DNA of 64,000 bases from assembly GCA_945872855.1 (NCBI GenBank), contig CAMCAW010000004.1, positions 7,666 to 71,665 of the forward strand, given 5' to 3'. Under the pieces are notes generated by a model. The model saw nothing but the letters and a program-made list of their open reading frames with translations, did no database searches and was not told the DNA's origin. The stretch's first letter is position 1, and each line of letters starts with the position of its first letter. Both the position numbers and the translations under genes were made by a program. Positions 41,223-50,244 of the stretch are shown in pieces. The DNA comes from Rickettsia typhi (lineage in GTDB: Bacteria > Pseudomonadota > Alphaproteobacteria > Rickettsiales > UBA1997).

Positions 41223-43622
41223 CTAGCCTCCTGATGTTGCTTTTAAACATTGATCATAGCCAAACAAATCTAATAACTCACGATATTTTTTGCTTTGCGG
41301 AGCGTTGAGCTGAGAGTCTTCATGTAAAATTACTTGGGCATTTTTATGGGCGATTTTTAGAAGATCGGTATCTAGCGCGAGATCGGCAATTTTAAATTCT
41401 GGAACGCCGCTTTGCTTAGTGCCGAGCAGTTCGCCGCTGCCTCGCATTTTTAAATCTTCCTCGGCGATGAAAAATCCATCATTGCTGCGCTTGAGGATTG
41501 ACAAGCGCTCGCGGCCTTTTGTGCCATATTTTTTGCCGTAGAGTAAAATGCAGTAAGATTGCTTCTCGCCACGCCCGACGCGGCCGCGCAGCTGATGCAA
41601 TTGCGAAAGTCCAAAATTTTCAGCATTTTCGATGACGATTATTGCAGCCTCTTTTACGTCAATTCCAACTTCAATAACAGTGGTTGCAACTAGGATTTGC
41701 GGGGATCGACCGCCTTCTACAATGCTATTTTCTGCATCATAAATAATTACAATATTTTTTTGATCAGAGATTTTTTTAGTAGATTTATTATCTTCTGCGA
41801 TAGCGAATGAAGATGCCGCTGATCCTTTGCCAGCAAAGCTTTCCATCACTTTCTCTTTTTCGCTTTCTTTCATTTTTCCATGAATTAGTGCCACGGTTTT
41901 TTCACCAAAAACTTCTTGTAATTCCTTATATTTTTCTTCTGCCGCAACTAGCTCCACCTCTTCATTTTCCTCGATCGCGGGGCATATCCAATAAATTTTT
42001 TCTTGCTTTACAAGGGCGCGTTTTATCGCCACAAAAACTTCGGATTTTTTATTTTCTGACATCACCAAAGTCTCGATTTCCTTACGGCCCGCAGGCTTCT
42101 CACCTAAAATTGAAATATCCATATCGCCATAAATTGCCATCATCAAGCTACGCGGAATAGGCGTGGCGCTCATTAGCAACACATCAACTTCGGGGCCTTT
42201 TTCTACCAATTTTAATCTTTGCATTACGCCAAAACGATGCTGCTCGTCGATCACCACAAGTGCGAGATTTTGGAATATTACGTCATCTTGCAGAACCGCA
42301 TGGGTACTGATTAGAATATCAATTTTTCCTTCGCGCAACTCTTGTAAAATTTTAGCTTTTTGCTTCTTGGTTTGCTTGCCAAGAAGCAATTCTATAACTG
42401 GTTTTCGTGAATTATTTTGCGCAGAAGTTAACTTAGAAGAAGAGTTTTGCTGCGTATTTTGCAAAGACGAATCCGCTTTCAAGCTAGAAAAATCAAGGTT
42501 TTGCAGCATTTTCTGAAAATAGGAAAAATGCTGTTCTGCAAGAATTGTGATTGGAACAATAATGCAAGATTGCTTACCTTGCGAAAAGGCGAGAAGGCAG
42601 GCGTAGATTGCTAGCACGGTCTTTCCCGAACCAACGTCGCCTTGCAATAATCGCAGCATTTTTTTATTAGAAAGGACATTGTTTTTTATTTCTGAAGCGG
42701 CGCGAAGCTGTGCATTTGTTGGCTTAAAAGGCATTGCTGCCAAAAATTCATCAGCAAAATTTCTGGTGATTTTTGGCATTTTTTTAGTAACAACTTCCGC
42801 CTCTTTAACCAGCAATAGAGCCAATTGCCACGCCAACATTTCATCATAAGCCAATCTTTTTTTGGCGTGATTTATATTTTGCACTTGCTCTCTCTGCTCT
42901 TGAAAATCCTCTTCGCAAGAGTCATAAACCAAGCCTTTCTGCTCTTGAAAATTTTCTGCAGGTGAAAATTTTGTTACAGAATTTGGCAAAAGATTTTTCT
43001 CTTTTTTATAATCATGCATCATTTCTAAAGCATCTGCAAAACTAGGCCAGTTCTGGCTTTGTAGCAATTTCTTATCGATCCATTCTTGCTCTGGCGAATA
43101 TTCTTTTTTCAAAATTTGCAACGCTTCTTCGATTTTTTGACGCAAGAATTTTGGCGTTAAAGCATAGGTCATTGGATAAATAATATTGGTCTTAGGCAAC
43201 GTATCTATTAGCGCGACGTCAAGAATTTCTTGCGGATGAGTAATTTGATTTTCACCAAGCGACCGCTGCAAATGCCCTAAAATAGCTAATTCGCGGCCTA
43301 TTGCGAGTTTTTCAATTTGACTGGGAAAGATTTTGAAAAATATTAAAGTTATATATCCGCTTGGTGTGCGACACAGAATTTTGTAAGGCTGGCGCGATGT
43401 TGTGGGCTTAGTGTGAATTTCAACTTTCGCCTTAATAATGACTAAAGAGTTATTTTCGATATCAGAAAGCTGTGAGGCTAAAAGAATTTTTTCGGACTTG
43501 AGTGGGAAGTGTAAAAGTAGGTTAAAAATTTTATTTTTGCCGACTAGCCTCACTAGAGTCTCTTCGATTGCGGGGCCTACTCGCTTTAGCGACGATAATG
43601 GTGAGAGTAATATTTTTAGCAT
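41223..43622 (-). CDS. recG: ATP-dependent DNA helicase RecG, with lineage-specific insertions
   Basis: OB-wedge N-terminus and helicase motifs GDVGSGKTVLA, DEQHRFGV, MSATPIPRSL and QLHQLRGRVGRG. At 799 aa it is about 100 aa longer than E. coli RecG. Confidence 0.93.
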   Translation of the reverse strand: MLKILLSPLSSLKRVGPAIEETLVRLVGKNKIFNLLLHFPLKSEKILLASQLSDIENNSLVIIKAKVEIHTKPTTSRQPYKILCRTPSGYITLIFFKIFPSQIEKLAIGRELAILGHLQRSLGENQITHPQEILDVALIDTLPKTNIIYPMTYALTPKFLRQKIEEALQILKKEYSPEQEWIDKKLLQSQNWPSFADALEMMHDYKKEKNLLPNSVTKFSPAENFQEQKGLVYDSCEEDFQEQREQVQNINHAKKRLAYDEMLAWQLALLLVKEAEVVTKKMPKITRNFADEFLAAMPFKPTNAQLRAASEIKNNVLSNKKMLRLLQGDVGSGKTVLAIYACLLAFSQGKQSCIIVPITILAEQHFSYFQKMLQNLDFSSLKADSSLQNTQQNSSSKLTSAQNNSRKPVIELLLGKQTKKQKAKILQELREGKIDILISTHAVLQDDVIFQNLALVVIDEQHRFGVMQRLKLVEKGPEVDVLLMSATPIPRSLMMAIYGDMDISILGEKPAGRKEIETLVMSENKKSEVFVAIKRALVKQEKIYWICPAIEENEEVELVAAEEKYKELQEVFGEKTVALIHGKMKESEKEKVMESFAGKGSAASSFAIAEDNKSTKKISDQKNIVIIYDAENSIVEGGRSPQILVATTVIEVGIDVKEAAIIVIENAENFGLSQLHQLRGRVGRGEKQSYCILLYGKKYGTKGRERLSILKRSNDGFFIAEEDLKMRGSGELLGTKQSGVPEFKIADLALDTDLLKIAHKNAQVILHEDSQLNAPQSKKYRELLDLFGYDQCLKATSGG

Positions 43623-43686
43623 GAAAATATGGTTTAAATGCTTGTGGTTTTTAGAATTAATTACCTGTTTGTGCGCTATTCATTCA

Positions 43687-43795
43687 GATCTTGCCCTCGG
43701 CAAAAACCCCTTCCGACATACTTAGCCCCTTAGACAGCGGCGCGCCGAACTCGGTTTGAAGCATATCGGGAAATGGTTTTTGCCCTTTTCTTAAC
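43687..43795. repeat. Palindromic intergenic element, copy 5 (subfamily A, forward orientation)
   Basis: Arms 43699-43725 (ggcaaaaaccccttccgacatacttag) and 43757-43784 (tgaagcatatcgggaaatggtttttgcc) flank ccccttagacagcggcgcgccgaactcggtt. The element lies between the smpB stop and the recG start. Confidence 0.85.
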
Positions 43796-43902
43796 TGGTT
43801 GTGTTATGCATTTTATTGCAATGACTTTTGGCGATTTTTATTAAATAAATTTACTTTCCTTGTTTGTAAAATATTGCTTTTTAGCCGGCATTTCTTACAA
43901 AA

Positions 43903-44343
43903 CTAATCTTCGCCGCGATCGTTGCGTCGCTTCTCATCGCGCTTTTTTAATGTATCGCGCTTATCGTAAAGCTTTTTGCCTTTCGCTAATCCAAGCATCA
44001 CCTTAACCATGTTGCGACGATTGAAAAAAATCTTTGTCGGAATTAGTGAATAGCCTTTAACGCGCATTTTTCCGATCAGTTTTTGCGTCTCTTTTTTGTG
44101 CATCAGAATTTTGCGCGGACGTTTTTCATCGTGAGTAAAAATTGCCGCGCCTTTGTAGGAGCCGATGATCAGGTTAACTAGAAACATTCCTTCGTCGGTT
44201 TCAGCAACATAAGCATCATTGATATTCACGCGTCCGTCGCGCAAAGCTTTTACCTCGCTGCCAAATAACACAAGACCCGCCTCGATTTCTTCTTCGATGG
44301 TGTAATTGAAATAAGCTTTGCGGTTTTGGGCGATGATTTTCAT
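43903..44343 (-). CDS. smpB: SsrA-binding protein
   Basis: MKIIAQNRKAYFNYTIEEEIEAGLVLFGSEVKALR and a basic C-terminal tail. Confidence 0.95.
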   Translation of the reverse strand: MKIIAQNRKAYFNYTIEEEIEAGLVLFGSEVKALRDGRVNINDAYVAETDEGMFLVNLIIGSYKGAAIFTHDEKRPRKILMHKKETQKLIGKMRVKGYSLIPTKIFFNRRNMVKVMLGLAKGKKLYDKRDTLKKRDEKRRNDRGED

Positions 44344-44356
44344 TTTTATTGTGGCA

Positions 44357-45451
44357 CTAAGTTGGTTTTTTCTGCTGCGTAACTATATCTTGCAATAACT
44401 CATTAAGACGCCCGCTCACTACTTCTGCAGAATATTGCTCGAAGAATTTTTTACTTGCATTTACGGCTAATTTTTTTGCAAATTCTTCGTCATTGCTCAA
44501 GCGCAAAATTGCTTGCGCCAAAAGTTGCGGCATTTTTTCTGCATCGTCTTTTGATACTTTTAAGCCATCAATTCCTTCATCGATAATTTCGTCTGGGCCC
44601 CAGCTATCACTGGTTATAATCGGGGTATTGTATAGCATGGCTTCTAGCAAAACGATGCCAAAAGTTTCGCCCCAAGATGGCAAAATAAAAATATCTAGCC
44701 CTTCAAAAAAAGTTTTTTTGTCTTCGGTCCAACCTAAAATTTTGAAGTTTTTTTCTAGTCCTAATTCACGCGCTTGCTTTTCGAGTAGCGCCTGCATTGG
44801 GCCAACGCCACCTATAACATATTCGCATTCAAAACCCTGATCGCGCAAAATAGCCATCGCACTCAAAACTTTATCGAAATATTTTTCGGGATAGAGGCGG
44901 CCCAAAGATCCTAATCTCAAGGGTTTGCGGAATTTCTGCTTAACTGGCGCGATAAAATTTTTGGGAATTTCTATCATGTTTGGTATCGCAATCGCCCTAT
45001 CTGCAGGCATTCCTGCCGCAACAAGCTCGCGCGTAAAATATGAATTTACCGCAAAAACATAATCGGCCTTCAAAAATTTACGAACTCTAATGCCGTGATT
45101 TATTGCGACTATCGGCGTTTTACAAAAAGTTAAAAATCGTGAGATGCGAGCAAAGAGTAAGGCGCGACCCGAGTGACAAATTATAATATCGGGTGCAAAG
45201 GTGAAAAGTAAAAATGCCATGTGCAACATTGTAAAAATATCACCACCCCCAAAAGCCTTCATTTCAACGGCTCGCGAGCTTGCACGCTTTACATCATCAA
45301 TATAAACCATGCCGTCTTTTAGCACCGAAACCACTTCGTTATTACGCTCAATTAAATATCTGGCATAGTCGATGAAGCAACGCTCAACGCCTAAAATCTG
45401 GTTATCGTGAGTTGCTTTTTTATAGTTGAATAAAATATTTACGATCTTCAT
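44357..45451 (-). CDS. Glycosyltransferase family 1/4 (GT-B fold)
   Basis: 364 aa. The C-terminal domain carries the E..G...LEAM signature (PSWGETFGIVLLEAMLYNTPIITSD). Confidence 0.8.
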   Translation of the reverse strand: MKIVNILFNYKKATHDNQILGVERCFIDYARYLIERNNEVVSVLKDGMVYIDDVKRASSRAVEMKAFGGGDIFTMLHMAFLLFTFAPDIIICHSGRALLFARISRFLTFCKTPIVAINHGIRVRKFLKADYVFAVNSYFTRELVAAGMPADRAIAIPNMIEIPKNFIAPVKQKFRKPLRLGSLGRLYPEKYFDKVLSAMAILRDQGFECEYVIGGVGPMQALLEKQARELGLEKNFKILGWTEDKKTFFEGLDIFILPSWGETFGIVLLEAMLYNTPIITSDSWGPDEIIDEGIDGLKVSKDDAEKMPQLLAQAILRLSNDEEFAKKLAVNASKKFFEQYSAEVVSGRLNELLQDIVTQQKKPT

Positions 45452-45540
45452 TTTTAAAAATATGGATTACTTTATTTTGGCAATACAAGGCCTGCGCGAC
45501 GAATCAGCTGATAAAAAAGTGCGATTAAATCCAACATAAA

Positions 45541-46926
45541 CTAATATGGACGCGCTATTTCATTAGGAATTTTTTTGCGATAGCCGTCAATTTCAGCTTT
45601 GGTTGCATTAAAGCGCAATAATTCTTTACCGCCAAGCCTAATTCCTGACACGGCTTTTACGCTAGCAGGATTTATTGGCTTGCCTCTATAGAGAATTTCA
45701 AAATGCAAATGCGGGCCCGTAGAGCGGCCAGTAGAGCCAACAAAAGCCACTACGTCGCCTTGCTTAACTTTCGATCCCACACGAAATTTTTTATTGAATT
45801 TGCTCGCGTGACCATATTGCGTTTCATAATCGGCATTATGCTTGATCTTCACAAAATTACCATAACCACCATGCGGGGCCATAAACAAGATGGTTCCATT
45901 GCCAGCAGCAAAAATTGGCGTGCCCATCGGGGCCGCGAAATCTATACCTTTGTGCAACTTCGAATATCCCAAAATTGGATGCTTGCGAAAGCCAAAAGCC
46001 GATGAAATTCGCGCACCGTTAACTGGCGTTCTGAGCAAAGATTTTCTCACGCTATTTCCATTGCCATCAAAATATTCTAGATGCGAATCGACCATGTGGC
46101 CGTAGATCTCGATCTTTCTACCTTTTGGCGCAAGCGACGAAAATAATACATTGCCATCTTTAACTTTGCGGCCATTTTCGGTGTAAAAACTTTCGACCAA
46201 CATTTCGAATTTATCGCCATCATGCAAATCGCGCTGAAAGTCAATTTCGTAGGCGTAGAGGCCAATCATGTTCATCATCGAAGTGGGAGAAATTCCTGAA
46301 TTTACGCCGTCAACATAGAGCCCGTCTTTGATGACGCCCGAATATCGCACCACATAACGCGATAATTTTTGTCTAATTTCGCGCGCATTATATTCGCCAT
46401 TTGCACCGCGCGTTACAATAATTTCAAGCTCTGGCGAAGGAACAACTCGAATCTCATTAATCACAACTTGCTTGCCCGCATCTTCTTTTGGCTCGGCATC
46501 AATCTTCAAGCGATATTTCACCACAACACTATCGCCAACCGATATATCTTGCGGGTTGAAGACTTTTTTCATCGCCGATAAAATTGCAAAAGTTTCAGTC
46601 TCATTCGAACCAATTCTTGTCAATAATTTCAACATTGTATCGCCGCTTTTAACGCGCTGCTCCGAAACTTGTATCTCGTTGAAATTAATGGCTTTGCCGC
46701 CCTCGGTAATTGTAATTTTAATTGGAGTTGTAGCTTTTTTTTGCAATAAATTTTCTTTACGATCCGCCACATAACTGCGCGTAACTTCAATTCCTTTGAA
46801 TAAAATGAAGCTAGTAATAATAGAAATCGCAATCGGTTTGAATATTTTATGATCGATGATTTTATCGATCGCAACCAATATTCGCTGCCTGTCGAGCCTG
46901 ATAAGATTTGTGAGAAATTTTTTCAA
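45541..46926 (-). CDS. M23-family metallopeptidase (murein endopeptidase-like), N-terminally anchored
   Basis: HKGIDFAAPMGTPIFAAGNG and GSTGRSTGPHLHFEI zinc-site motifs, with an N-terminal TM segment. TTG start. Confidence 0.85.
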   Translation of the reverse strand: MKKFLTNLIRLDRQRILVAIDKIIDHKIFKPIAISIITSFILFKGIEVTRSYVADRKENLLQKKATTPIKITITEGGKAINFNEIQVSEQRVKSGDTMLKLLTRIGSNETETFAILSAMKKVFNPQDISVGDSVVVKYRLKIDAEPKEDAGKQVVINEIRVVPSPELEIIVTRGANGEYNAREIRQKLSRYVVRYSGVIKDGLYVDGVNSGISPTSMMNMIGLYAYEIDFQRDLHDGDKFEMLVESFYTENGRKVKDGNVLFSSLAPKGRKIEIYGHMVDSHLEYFDGNGNSVRKSLLRTPVNGARISSAFGFRKHPILGYSKLHKGIDFAAPMGTPIFAAGNGTILFMAPHGGYGNFVKIKHNADYETQYGHASKFNKKFRVGSKVKQGDVVAFVGSTGRSTGPHLHFEILYRGKPINPASVKAVSGIRLGGKELLRFNATKAEIDGYRKKIPNEIARPY

Positions 46927-47096
46927 ATTATTGCCTTGATTAAATTACAGAGGAATATCTTGCAAGGTTATCTCATCATTTGAGTTTATTTTCTACAACA
47001 AATTTATGATTTTCTTTTTAAAAAACTCTTGCAAGAGGCCAAAAATTATCGTAGCATGACCCCTTCTTTAAATTTTATCATCTTTTTCTCATAAAA

Positions 47097-48164
47097 ATGT
47101 CAGCAAAAAAAGCGAAGTCACTTACGAAAAAAAATAAAGTTGCGAAGTTGGTAAAAAAGCCAGCGGCGCCCACAAAAAAAGCGAAGGCTGTAAAAAAAGT
47201 TGTAAAAAAGCCAGTTAAAAAAGCGGCGGTTAAAGCAATGAAAAAGCCAGTTAAAAAAATAGCTGCAAAAGTTGCAAAAAAGGCGGCGAAGAGTTCTATG
47301 TCTAAGGTGATAAAGAAAAAAATTGTAGCCAAAAAACCAGTAATCGCGGCAAAAAAAGCTGCAGCAAAAGCTCCGAAAGAAAAAGTTACTAAACAACCGG
47401 TTGTTAAAGTTGAAAAACCTAAGGTGGTTGAAAAAAAAATCGTTGAAATGGTTGTGCCAAAAATTGTGAATAAAAACGCCAAAGCCTCAGAATTCAAGAT
47501 TGGCGAATATGCGGTATATCCTTCGCATGGCATCGGAAAAATTATCGATATTCAAAAAACCACCGTACTTGGTTCTGATTTTAGCTGCTATTTAATGAAT
47601 TTTGAGAAAGAAAAACTCACTATTAAAGTTCCAATTATCAATTCTGAGAAAATTGGCTTGAGACCTTTGGTTTCTAAGTCACAAATGGAAGAAGTTTTTT
47701 CTATTTTACGCAGCGGTATTAAAAAATTGAAAGGAATGTGGAGCCGTCGCGCCCAAGAATATGAATCTAAAATTAACTCGGGAAATATTATTTTATTGGC
47801 CGAAGTTTTACGCGATTTAACTCGCGATATTGAAGATGGTGAAAGATCTTACTCTGAGCGAATCATCTACGAAACCGCGGTTTCACGGCTTGCGGCAGAA
47901 TATTCTGCAATCTATAAAGTTGATTTTGAAGAAGCGAAGGGCAAAGTTGTCGTTACTGCAAAAGATAAACTTGGATCTGATGATAAAGTAGAAAAACTAA
48001 AGCGTGACGACGATTTTGATGACGATGACGATGACAAAGAAGAATCTTCTGACGAAATTGAAGACGAAGAAATAGACGATGACGAAGAAGGAGATTCTTA
48101 CGATGACGAAGAAGATGATGACGACGATGATGATGACAAGCCTCGCAAGAAACGCAAAAAATAA
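47097..48164 (+). CDS. CarD/CdnL-family transcriptional regulator fused to an N-terminal Lys/Ala-rich histone-H1-like region and a C-terminal poly-acidic tail
   Basis: Residues 1-130 are K/A/V/P repeats (KKPVKKAAVKAMKKPVKKIAAKVAKKAAK...). Residues about 132-290 form a CarD_CdnL_TRCF-like domain (FKIGEYAVYPSHGIGKIIDIQ...). Residues 294-347 are D/E-rich, and the protein ends in KPRKKRKK. Confidence 0.8.
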   Translation: MSAKKAKSLTKKNKVAKLVKKPAAPTKKAKAVKKVVKKPVKKAAVKAMKKPVKKIAAKVAKKAAKSSMSKVIKKKIVAKKPVIAAKKAAAKAPKEKVTKQPVVKVEKPKVVEKKIVEMVVPKIVNKNAKASEFKIGEYAVYPSHGIGKIIDIQKTTVLGSDFSCYLMNFEKEKLTIKVPIINSEKIGLRPLVSKSQMEEVFSILRSGIKKLKGMWSRRAQEYESKINSGNIILLAEVLRDLTRDIEDGERSYSERIIYETAVSRLAAEYSAIYKVDFEEAKGKVVVTAKDKLGSDDKVEKLKRDDDFDDDDDDKEESSDEIEDEEIDDDEEGDSYDDEEDDDDDDDDKPRKKRKK

Positions 48165-48169
48165 CTCAC

Positions 48170-48844
48170 ATGAGTCAATGCGCCCTTGAACTGATTAATA
48201 TCACGAAAAAATTTACACAAGGTGGGCAAGATATTTTTGCACTAAACAATATTAATCTTTCGATAAAAAAAGGTGAAATTGCAGCGCTTGTTGGCCCTTC
48301 TGGCTCTGGCAAAACCACCTTGCTGCAAATTTCTGGATTATTAGATTCGCCAGATTCTGGTCAAATTTTCGTTAATTCTCTTGATGCCTCGAAAGCTGGC
48401 GACGCTGTGCGCACTAAGATCCGCCGCGATAATCTTGGCTTTATTTATCAATTTCATCATCTATTGCCAGAATTTTCAGCGCTAGAAAATGTGGCTTTGC
48501 CGCTTTTAATTCAAGGCGTTGCAAAAAATTCTGCGTTGCAAGAAGCGGAGAAAATTTTGGCAGAAGTTGATTTATCGAATCGCTTGCATCACAAGCCAGC
48601 AGAGCTATCTGGCGGCCAGCAACAGCGCGTTGCGATTGCTCGGGCAATTATCACAAAGCCATCGTTAATTTTAGCTGATGAACCGACAGGAAACCTTGAC
48701 TCTGTTAATTCGGAGAAGGTTTTTGAATTGTTGAAAAATTTGGTGCGCAGCTCTGGAATTGCTTGCTTGCTGGTTACGCACAATATTGAACTAGCAAAAA
48801 AACTCGATCGCACAATCATGATATGCGACGGAGAGATTGGCTAA
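48170..48844 (+). CDS. lolD: Lipoprotein-releasing system ATP-binding protein LolD (ABC ATPase)
   Basis: Walker A GPSGSGKTTLL, signature LSGGQQQRVAIARA and Walker B LILADEPTGNLD. The length and the FIYQFHHLLPEFSALENV block are LolD-like. Confidence 0.8.
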   Translation: MSQCALELINITKKFTQGGQDIFALNNINLSIKKGEIAALVGPSGSGKTTLLQISGLLDSPDSGQIFVNSLDASKAGDAVRTKIRRDNLGFIYQFHHLLPEFSALENVALPLLIQGVAKNSALQEAEKILAEVDLSNRLHHKPAELSGGQQQRVAIARAIITKPSLILADEPTGNLDSVNSEKVFELLKNLVRSSGIACLLVTHNIELAKKLDRTIMICDGEIG

Positions 48845-49350
48845 TATGCGGCTGGCGCGCTGTTATAGTTGTAAGGCTGGTAATAATTTTGATATTGACT
48901 ATTACTGTGCGGCTGCTGCAAAATATTGTTGCGCTGCGGTTGTGCAGCAGCAGATCCTAAATAAGGAATATTAACCAAATATTCCGCCTCTTTGAAATCG
49001 CGGCAATAAACCGACCAATATGAAAATATTGGCACAATCAACATCGTTCCCACTGCATCAGCAACGCATCTACTGCCTTCGCCTTCTTTTCTTCTGATTG
49101 CCTGCCAAGATTCTAGCTTCAACTGCGCCGAGCCGTAGCCTTCTTTGGTTAAAACCACTATATAATTTTTTGGCTCAAGATTGAGGGTGGCTGGAGTTCT
49201 GCCATAACTCTTTCCGTCGATTACAATATCGGCGCCTGCAGGGTTGCTGTTAATTGTTACATCAACATTTTTTCCGTTCATCAAAAAGGCGCATGAAGAT
49301 AGGACGCACAAAGTTGCGATCAAAAGAATATTTTTAAAAATCAGCCTCAT
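48841..49350 (-). CDS. PEGA-domain lipoprotein with Gln/Asn/Tyr-rich C-terminal tail
   Basis: Lipobox LCVLSSC and a PEGA-like motif (SNPAGADIVIDGKSYGRTPATLNLEPKNY). The tail reads QPQRNNILQQPHSNSQYQNYYQPYNYNSAPAAY. Confidence 0.6.
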   Translation of the reverse strand: MRLIFKNILLIATLCVLSSCAFLMNGKNVDVTINSNPAGADIVIDGKSYGRTPATLNLEPKNYIVVLTKEGYGSAQLKLESWQAIRRKEGEGSRCVADAVGTMLIVPIFSYWSVYCRDFKEAEYLVNIPYLGSAAAQPQRNNILQQPHSNSQYQNYYQPYNYNSAPAAY

Positions 49351-49365
49351 GAGTAAAATTTTAAG

Positions 49366-50244
49366 TTATTTTTTCCAGCGATTATGAACCCAAAACCATT
49401 GCGCCGGATATTGAGAAATCCATTCTTCAAGCTTGTAATTGACCAAGCGAGTAAGGTTCATCACGTCTTTATTTATGTCATTAGTTTTTTGAAAAGCAAG
49501 AGGTCTTTCGATTTCGGCCATAAATTTTACGCGATGCTCGAGGCGAATTGAGCGCACCGGAATAAGCGGCACATCGTATTTTAAAGCGATGCGCGCGATT
49601 GCGGTTGCAGTGATTGCGTCATCATGAAAAAATTTTACTGGCTCGCCTTCGCTGATTTTTTGATCGGCCATAATCAGAATATATTCGCCTTTCTTCAGAG
49701 CCTCAATAATTTGGCGATTGCCTTGCGAACCTTTAGCTATAAGCCTTGAGCCGCGAATTGGCGCCGTCATTTTTTCGACATATGGGTTATTTAGCGGACG
49801 ATAAATTGTACTTACATCAAAACCCTGATGCATAAAAATTTTTGGCCCCACTTCCCAATTGCCAATATGGCCCGAGAAAAATATTCCGCCTTTCTTATTC
49901 TGCTTCAAGAACTCAATATTGGCGAGGCTTTCCTTATTAAAAATGATATATTTTTCGATCAATTCTTGCGGCGTAGCTTTAACAATATGAACATATTCAC
50001 CAACCACGCGACCAAGATTATCCCACATATCATCGAGGATTTTTACTTTCTCTTGCGCGCTTAAATTTGGCAAAGCTTTGCTGATATTTTGCATCGCCAA
50101 TTTATGTGTTGGGTGTCTTTTGCCGATAAGGCGAGCCAAAAAAGACCCCGAGTCAGAAGCTTTTTGTGGCCCCAAAATTTCAAAAAACCACAGACTTAAT
50201 TTTACAATTGCCGCTTCGATTAAATAGCGAATTTTTTTAATCAT
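49366..50244 (-). CDS. Lipid A biosynthesis (lauroyl/Kdo-dependent) acyltransferase, LpxL/HtrB family
   Basis: 292 aa with the HIGNWE acyltransferase motif. It overlaps the lpxK stop by 8 nt. Confidence 0.75.
   Translation of the reverse strand: MIKKIRYLIEAAIVKLSLWFFEILGPQKASDSGSFLARLIGKRHPTHKLAMQNISKALPNLSAQEKVKILDDMWDNLGRVVGEYVHIVKATPQELIEKYIIFNKESLANIEFLKQNKKGGIFFSGHIGNWEVGPKIFMHQGFDVSTIYRPLNNPYVEKMTAPIRGSRLIAKGSQGNRQIIEALKKGEYILIMADQKISEGEPVKFFHDDAITATAIARIALKYDVPLIPVRSIRLEHRVKFMAEIERPLAFQKTNDINKDVMNLTRLVNYKLEEWISQYPAQWFWVHNRWKK

Noticed and set aside
43623-43902. Looked for tmRNA (ssrA) next to smpB
   Set aside because: The 280-nt spacer contains only palindromic element copy 5. I could find no tRNA-like acceptor/T-arm and no tag reading frame. 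ssrA must lie elsewhere.
47078-47533. 151-aa and 92-aa Phe/Ala/Thr-rich minus-strand ORFs
   Set aside because: They are antisense to the AAA/AAG/GCN-rich Lys/Ala region of the CarD-like gene. They are a compositional artefact.
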